A DNA stretch of 64,000 nucleotides from Phoronis australis (lineage: Eukaryota; Animalia; Phoronida), in contig NMRA01000604.1 of NCBI GenBank assembly GCA_002633005.1, positions 101,955 through 165,954 on the forward strand, given 5' to 3'. Shown piece by piece: positions 59,301 through 64,000 of the stretch. The notes under the pieces were generated by a model. The model worked only from the letters and a program-made list of their open reading frames with translations, was not told the DNA's origin and ran no database searches. Position 1 is the stretch's first letter. The number at the start of each line of letters is the position of its first letter. The translations under genes were made by a program, and so were the position numbers.

Positions 59301-60809
59301 AGTAGCCAAATTTACAGAGAGCCTGACGTGACCATACCTGCAATTACAGGGGTCCTGCATTGAGAACCAGTTACTCCATGGAGAAAATTGGCTCTCAAAA
59401 TGCGGGATCCCTGTATTAGACTATTAACATCATACCTGTCCTTGGTTTTATGTGGCTTGAACAGGGACATGGAGGTAGCCAAGATACTGACCTGACTGTT
59501 GGACTAGTGACGCCATCTATTGCTTTCATTGAACACTATTTAGCATAGCCAGTTCATCCTTGCTGTTTGACCTAAATTAAACAATCACTGTTTGCAGATA
59601 CTTACAGTAGTACGTAGTTGGCAGCCACAGCAATAATGATATTGGAAGTCATAGTTGTACAGAATTTTGTGAAAATCTATCTGTTTATGCTAATGGATTT
59701 TAGTTCATACCGAAATATATTTGGCTCGCATGTACCGTAAGAAAGAATAATTTGATGATGATTTTACCGTTTTGCTTATATTTCATAAACGTCACCTCAT
59801 GTACATTCTGTATCTCATTACGGCATTGTCCGGTTGAGTCCAACTTGTTCGCTTGTATAGCTCGAGTTTGGCAGATGACCACTGTAGCCAACATCTTACA
59901 AAACTGATTATTCTAAGTTCATTCTGGCATTTATAGTTGGAGATTCAGCTCCGTCTTGTTTGATAATTGTTCTAATCTTGGATAAGATCCTATCTAGCCT
60001 GACTGGGCCGTGCTGTTAAAAATGAAAGTTGAGTTATAAAATGTTTGAATATAAACTAATAACATTTCAGAATGCCTCATCAAATGATGATCATGTTTAG
60101 TTTTCGAATCACCAAAATTGCCCAACTACAACCAAAGTTAAGGCAATCTGTTTTGTCAAAACGTACCAACGCACTGGGTTCCTAATGCTATTCTATAATA
60201 CAGAGGTGGATCTACAGGGGGAGGTTCAGGGGGTTCAAACCCCCCTTGGGATAAGATCAAAAATAAAAATTGAAATAAATTTCGCCAGAAAAATGAAATC
60301 AGCTACTAAAAACCATAAAAAAATGTTACACGGGAGGAGGATACCCCCTCGCGACCTTCCTTCCACTCGGCGCTACGCGCCTCGGATTCACTCGAATCCT
60401 AAATCCCCCATACTGAAAATGTAGATCTGGCACTGTAATCAGATCTTGGTTTCTATTCGGTCAATATTCTAAAATCTCAATGTACTGAAGAAAAAAGATC
60501 GGTTTGAATTTGGACCAAAAATGTGAGAGCTTGTCTTTAACACAGGAAGTTGTTTTTCTTAAAAGCTATCACGTGTCAGACTGAAGGGATTCTGTTGTTT
60601 TCCAGGGTTTTGCCGCACATGTGGTTAGCACTATGTCGGAGTGGATAATGGCGTTAGCCTTCATTCTCTTTTTCTTCACGTACATCCGCGACTTTCAAAA
60701 AGTTGGAATGCAGGTACAGACGAGAGTCTATGTTTCCCACTTGGATGAATTACCTTCGACCAATGCAGGAGAAAAACCAGATGAAAGGACGCCGATTTTA
60801 ATTACGTGA
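49999..60809 (+). CDS. DRAM2: DNA damage-regulated autophagy modulator (DRAM2-like, Frag1/DRAM/Sfk1 family)
   Basis: Exons 49999(or 50243)-50390, 51209-51276, 52796-52938 (duplicate 55405-55547), 56693-56870, 58239-58327, 60606-60809. Motifs GHV.PFFPYISDTGT..PESCVFG..LNI, TMYVRYK, G...VGNFQET...VH..GA.L.F, LHW, STMSEW.MA..F..FFFTYIRDFQK; C-terminal DERTPIL acidic dileucine-like signal. Confidence 0.92.
51209..51276 (+). CDS. DRAM2: DRAM exon
   Basis: DTGTKVPESCVFGEFLNIAGFL. Confidence 0.93.
52796..52938 (+). CDS. DRAM2: DRAM internal exon, copy A
   Basis: AFFTMYVRYKLVQEFC...LGMTLVGNFQ, 143 nt. Confidence 0.85.
53469..54045. mobile_element. PIF/Harbinger-type MITE, 577 bp, TAA TSD
   Basis: About 42-bp TIR GGGCTGTTCCAG(C/T)AAAATCTGT(G/A)TGGGAGGGG..AAGGCA; TAA on both flanks; empty site with a single TAA in the second copy (about 56081). 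Confidence 0.88.
55405..55547 (+). CDS. DRAM2: DRAM internal exon, copy B (identical protein)
   Basis: Same exon with one synonymous change seen (ACT to ACC). Confidence 0.75.
56693..56870 (+). CDS. DRAM2: DRAM exon
   Basis: ETNVEPVHILGAALVFAGG...IVSVIFMSS. Confidence 0.93.
58239..58327 (+). CDS. DRAM2: DRAM exon
   Basis: AFIAGTVANEQFAGSEKTGSDRLHWGPDDP; gtaagt donor. Confidence 0.88.
58707..60178. mobile_element. Old foldback element with about 300-bp diverged inverted arms (CCCAG...CTGGG)
   Basis: 58707-59010 is the reverse complement of about 59870-60178 (e.g. aactttggttgtagttgggc / gcccaactacaaccaaagtt; cagtcaggctag / ctagcctgactg). Confidence 0.8.
59346..59416. repeat. About 70-bp hairpin mini-element; related copy at 9558-9630
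   Basis: tacaggggtcctgcattgagaaccag...tggctctcaaaatgcgggatccctgta. Confidence 0.55.
60201..60436. mobile_element. Small MITE with CAG..GATCTACA / TGTAGATC..CTG ends
   Basis: Imperfect terminal inverted repeats and internal GGGGGTTCAAACCCCC palindrome; no TSD found. Confidence 0.5.
60606..60809 (+). CDS. DRAM2: DRAM terminal exon
   Basis: GFAAHVVSTMSEWIMALAFILFFFTYIRDFQK...DERTPILIT*. Confidence 0.93.
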   Translation, partial: GFAAHVVSTMSEWIMALAFILFFFTYIRDFQKVGMQVQTRVYVSHLDELPSTNAGEKPDERTPILIT

Positions 60810-62921
60810 AAATGGTTTGACTAGTTTTCACCACTCTTGTGTGTTGTTTTCACTGTGTTACACTTAGTCTTTTTAATTTGTGATTATGTCACATTTAGAA
60901 AAGTGTTTAAAGTGTCCATCAGCATTACACAGTTTGCTGATTTTTGTGTGCAGTGACCTATTTAGGATGTAATCCTGAGGAGTACTCCCATAGAACAGTA
61001 TACAAGACGTGCCACTCTGAAGTTGTATAACTGTTTCTTTACCTATGTCTTTTCCAACAAAATTTCTTAAGAAATGGTTTACTTTAAGATTTTGAAACTC
61101 TATAAAAGGTTCCTTCATGCATTTACAAAAAATACAGAAGAGTTTTTAGTATTATATCTATTTTAAAATTTTTGTTGCAGCAAAAGCTGTACTCATTTTT
61201 GCCGTGATATCTTGCACCATTTCAGGTATAAAACATTACAGCTATCAAAGTATGATGGCTTTTTAAAACCACTACAAAACTTTAGGTTCAAACCTCTAGT
61301 GCAATGGGTTGTTATGTGACCATGAACACGAAGTCTTGGGTTTGCGGTAAACGAAAATGCCAAGTTTACAAATTGAAGTATTGTTTCTATAATTTTTTGA
61401 ATTCTTGTACGAATCATTCTTACTGAGACATATTCCGTGTGAGTGCAACTCAGACTCCTGTTTAACGAATTGTTATAGAAATTCAGTGTTTCACACTTGC
61501 TGTATGGAATATGAGAGTGTATTAAGTATTCGAAAAATTCTGTATTTTGATTTGCCATATGTTGCCACACAAATGATATATTTTGATCACTTAATGTGTT
61601 TTGTAATTTATCTCCAAATTAGAGTACTGGTAGATGAACAAGTACCAGATGTTATTTTTATAATATTTTGTTTTGTTTGTCACCTTTAGCTATTGGGGGA
61701 AGTTTTATTGAGTGTTTGTGGGCCATTTTACATAATTATGCAATACTTATAATCAGTGTTATGGAATGTGTCAATATATATATGTGCCATTTCTTTTTCT
61801 TTGAACAAATTCGATTTTGTGTTTAGACTAGTACTATCTTCTACTGGGAAGAAGTTTTCTTTACTGCCTATCAACTATTGTGTTTAAATAGATTTTAATA
61901 GGTATTTTACTAATTGACCGGTGACCAAATCAGAAAATAAAGACCCAAGACTGTTATGTTGTTTTTGTTAGTTGACACTGAAGTCCTTCCTTTAGTCCAA
62001 AACACTCCATTTAAACACATTGTGACCAATATTGCTGCACTAAGCCACAGATGATTCAGGAATGTGCACTTCTAACTCCATCTATTGGTTGCACAGAGAA
62101 TCATGGTATCCTCTTGCATGCTCTTGTTCGTACTTTCTGTGCATATTTGTGTAGTGACCTTCTAAGACCAATTTATCGAGTTCACACGGAACGTTTCCAG
62201 ATCTGTTTTGGAAGCAATAAATGGCCTAATTAAAATTTGATGTGAAATCGAAAATTGTAGAAAATGGCTGTTTTGGGGATTTTATGTGTGTGATACAATT
62301 TGTATGTAATGAAGATTTTTAGTACTGAATTTAAACAATTTATTTTGCTATGTTGTGTTACTATTCGTTTCTGAGAGATGTGATACCAATGTACTTAACT
62401 GTTACATTGTGTAGTTTTGTAATTATGATTCATGTCTTATCGTGTAGATCATATTTTTGTATTGGATCATTGGAAGTTAAAGTGATTGAAATCAATTGTC
62501 TTTTAAAATTATGAAAATTTTGAGGCATCCAGTTGAGGTAACAAAATACAGAAATATTGAGTCAAATACTGGAATTTGCTTACGTGAGTTAACCCCATTG
62601 CGTCCGTCTCTCATGGACTTTAGCTTGGTTTGTGGTGTTATTATCATTTTTGCCAATAGGTGGCGTTTTAATTGGATGACATGGGGATGCCGGGTCATCT
62701 GGTTAAAATTGCCACCTATTGGCCAGAACGATAACACCACTAGCCAAGTTGAAGTCCGCGACAGGCGGATGCAACGTCGCTTACTCAAGCAAGCAAATTC
62801 AGGTATTTGACTAATTTTTTCTGTACAGTTCAAGCCAAAGGTATTATACCTTTGGCTTGTGACAAAATTCTCCGTCATGACGACTGAGTGTAAGCTGAAT
62901 TCATCATCAGGAAAGTCTTTC

Positions 62922-63110
62922 CTATTGACCAATAATGAAGGGGATTATGACGGAAAGGGTATGTTGTCTGAATACTTAGTCATGTAGGCCTACTGTATTG
63001 ACCAAGGGGATTATGACGGAAGACGGTACGTTGTCTGAATACTTTGTCTTGTTGGCCTGCGGTATTGACCAAGGAGATTATGGAGGAAGAGGATATGTTG
63101 TCTGAATGCT
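62922..63110 (+). repeat. Degenerate tandem repeat x3 (tattgaccaa..ggattatgacgga..atgttgtctgaat)
   Basis: Directly visible. Confidence 0.65.
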
Positions 63111-63182
63111 TTTTCTTGTACTGTATTTCTGAATGTTTAATGTTCTGTAAAGAATTTGAAGTACGGATGAATAGTTTCATCG

Positions 63183-63389
63183 CAAAACTAGATATCTACC
63201 AAATTTGAATGTGATGGGTCACGGGTGTGTAATGCATTTTAACAAGAAATACTTAGTTTTGGAAGATACGTGACTGTGCGATATATTGGGTTTTACTGAA
63301 AAATGATTAAAAGTACCAAGTGGCCCTCCTGATGGACTATAGAGTGGTATGTGGTTCTAAAATTTCAAATTTGGTAGAGATCTTGTTTT
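63183..63389. repeat. Inverted repeat (about 26-bp arms), probable MITE remnant
   Basis: aaaactagatatctaccaaatttgaa / ttcaaatttggtagagatcttgtttt. Confidence 0.55.
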
Positions 63390-64000
63390 ACAAAGGATCT
63401 CCTTTTGCTATTTACCACGTAGCTGAAAGAAAAAAAATATTAGTAAAGTGAGCTTTGGAGTTTCTCTGATTTTTAACTCGTTAAGAGGTTATAAGTCCTG
63501 TTGTGATGGAAATCCCCTGTTTGGAATAGTCTGTAAAATAACACTAAAATTCAATCAGAAATTGAATTTTCTGGATTCTGAAGGTTGGGACATGGGTGAT
63601 TTTGGCATTCATCAAATTTGTAAATATCACACACTGCATTTGGTATCCCATACAACGTGAGAAATAGTGTTGGTTGTTCAACATTAATTATTAAATGCAA
63701 TAAAACATTAAGAATGCACATGCACAAATATAAGGGAGGTCTGTCTCTGCACACAGGTGGAGCTCGAGGAAAATTTTACCTTTAAAAAAATCATTTCGGA
63801 TTTGGGCATGTGGGTTCAAATTTGTGTATATGGTTGTGGGCCTAGAGTTCTTCAGGTTTCACATTATAATTCGGTTGACCATCTGCCCACTTCTCCTGTT
63901 TTTGCTTGTGGAAAACTGCGGATGCATAAGTACAGGCAAATACTGTGGTGAATTTGGGGGAAAGGGGGCGATGCCCCCCTAAAATTCTCCCAGATTCCAT

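Noticed and set aside
62492-62932. Overlapping 146-aa and 104-aa ORFs after DRAM
   Set aside because: No recognisable domain; adjacent to tandem and inverted repeats.

Overview
AT-rich (roughly 37% GC by eye), intron-rich eukaryotic DNA, most likely a bilaterian marine invertebrate (inferred from gene and repeat content only). Five protein-coding genes were reconstructed by hand with phase-consistent GT-AG introns. (1) MOB3-type MOB kinase activator (+, 473-16511), with a second paralogous terminal exon at 18635-18664. (2) An intronless secreted or surface protein with 2 F-type lectin, 1 CCP-like and 2 kringle domains (+, 22475-24268). (3) HSD17B12-like very-long-chain 3-ketoacyl-CoA reductase (+, 26041-40606, 10 exons). 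(4) A convergent HSDL1/HSD17B12-like paralogue that keeps the catalytic Tyr (-, 48219-43054, 7 exons). (5) A DRAM2-like lysosomal membrane protein (+, 49520/49999-60809) with two candidate N-termini and a tandemly duplicated internal exon joined at a single N, probably uncollapsed haplotypes. Introns carry MITEs, a TIR element with a 7-bp TSD, a decayed LINE in a three-level nest, tRNA-derived SINE heads and minisatellites. No prokaryotic-type system (CRISPR, operon, rRNA) is present. The most notable items are the lectin-kringle retrogene-like protein and several splice-level duplications.
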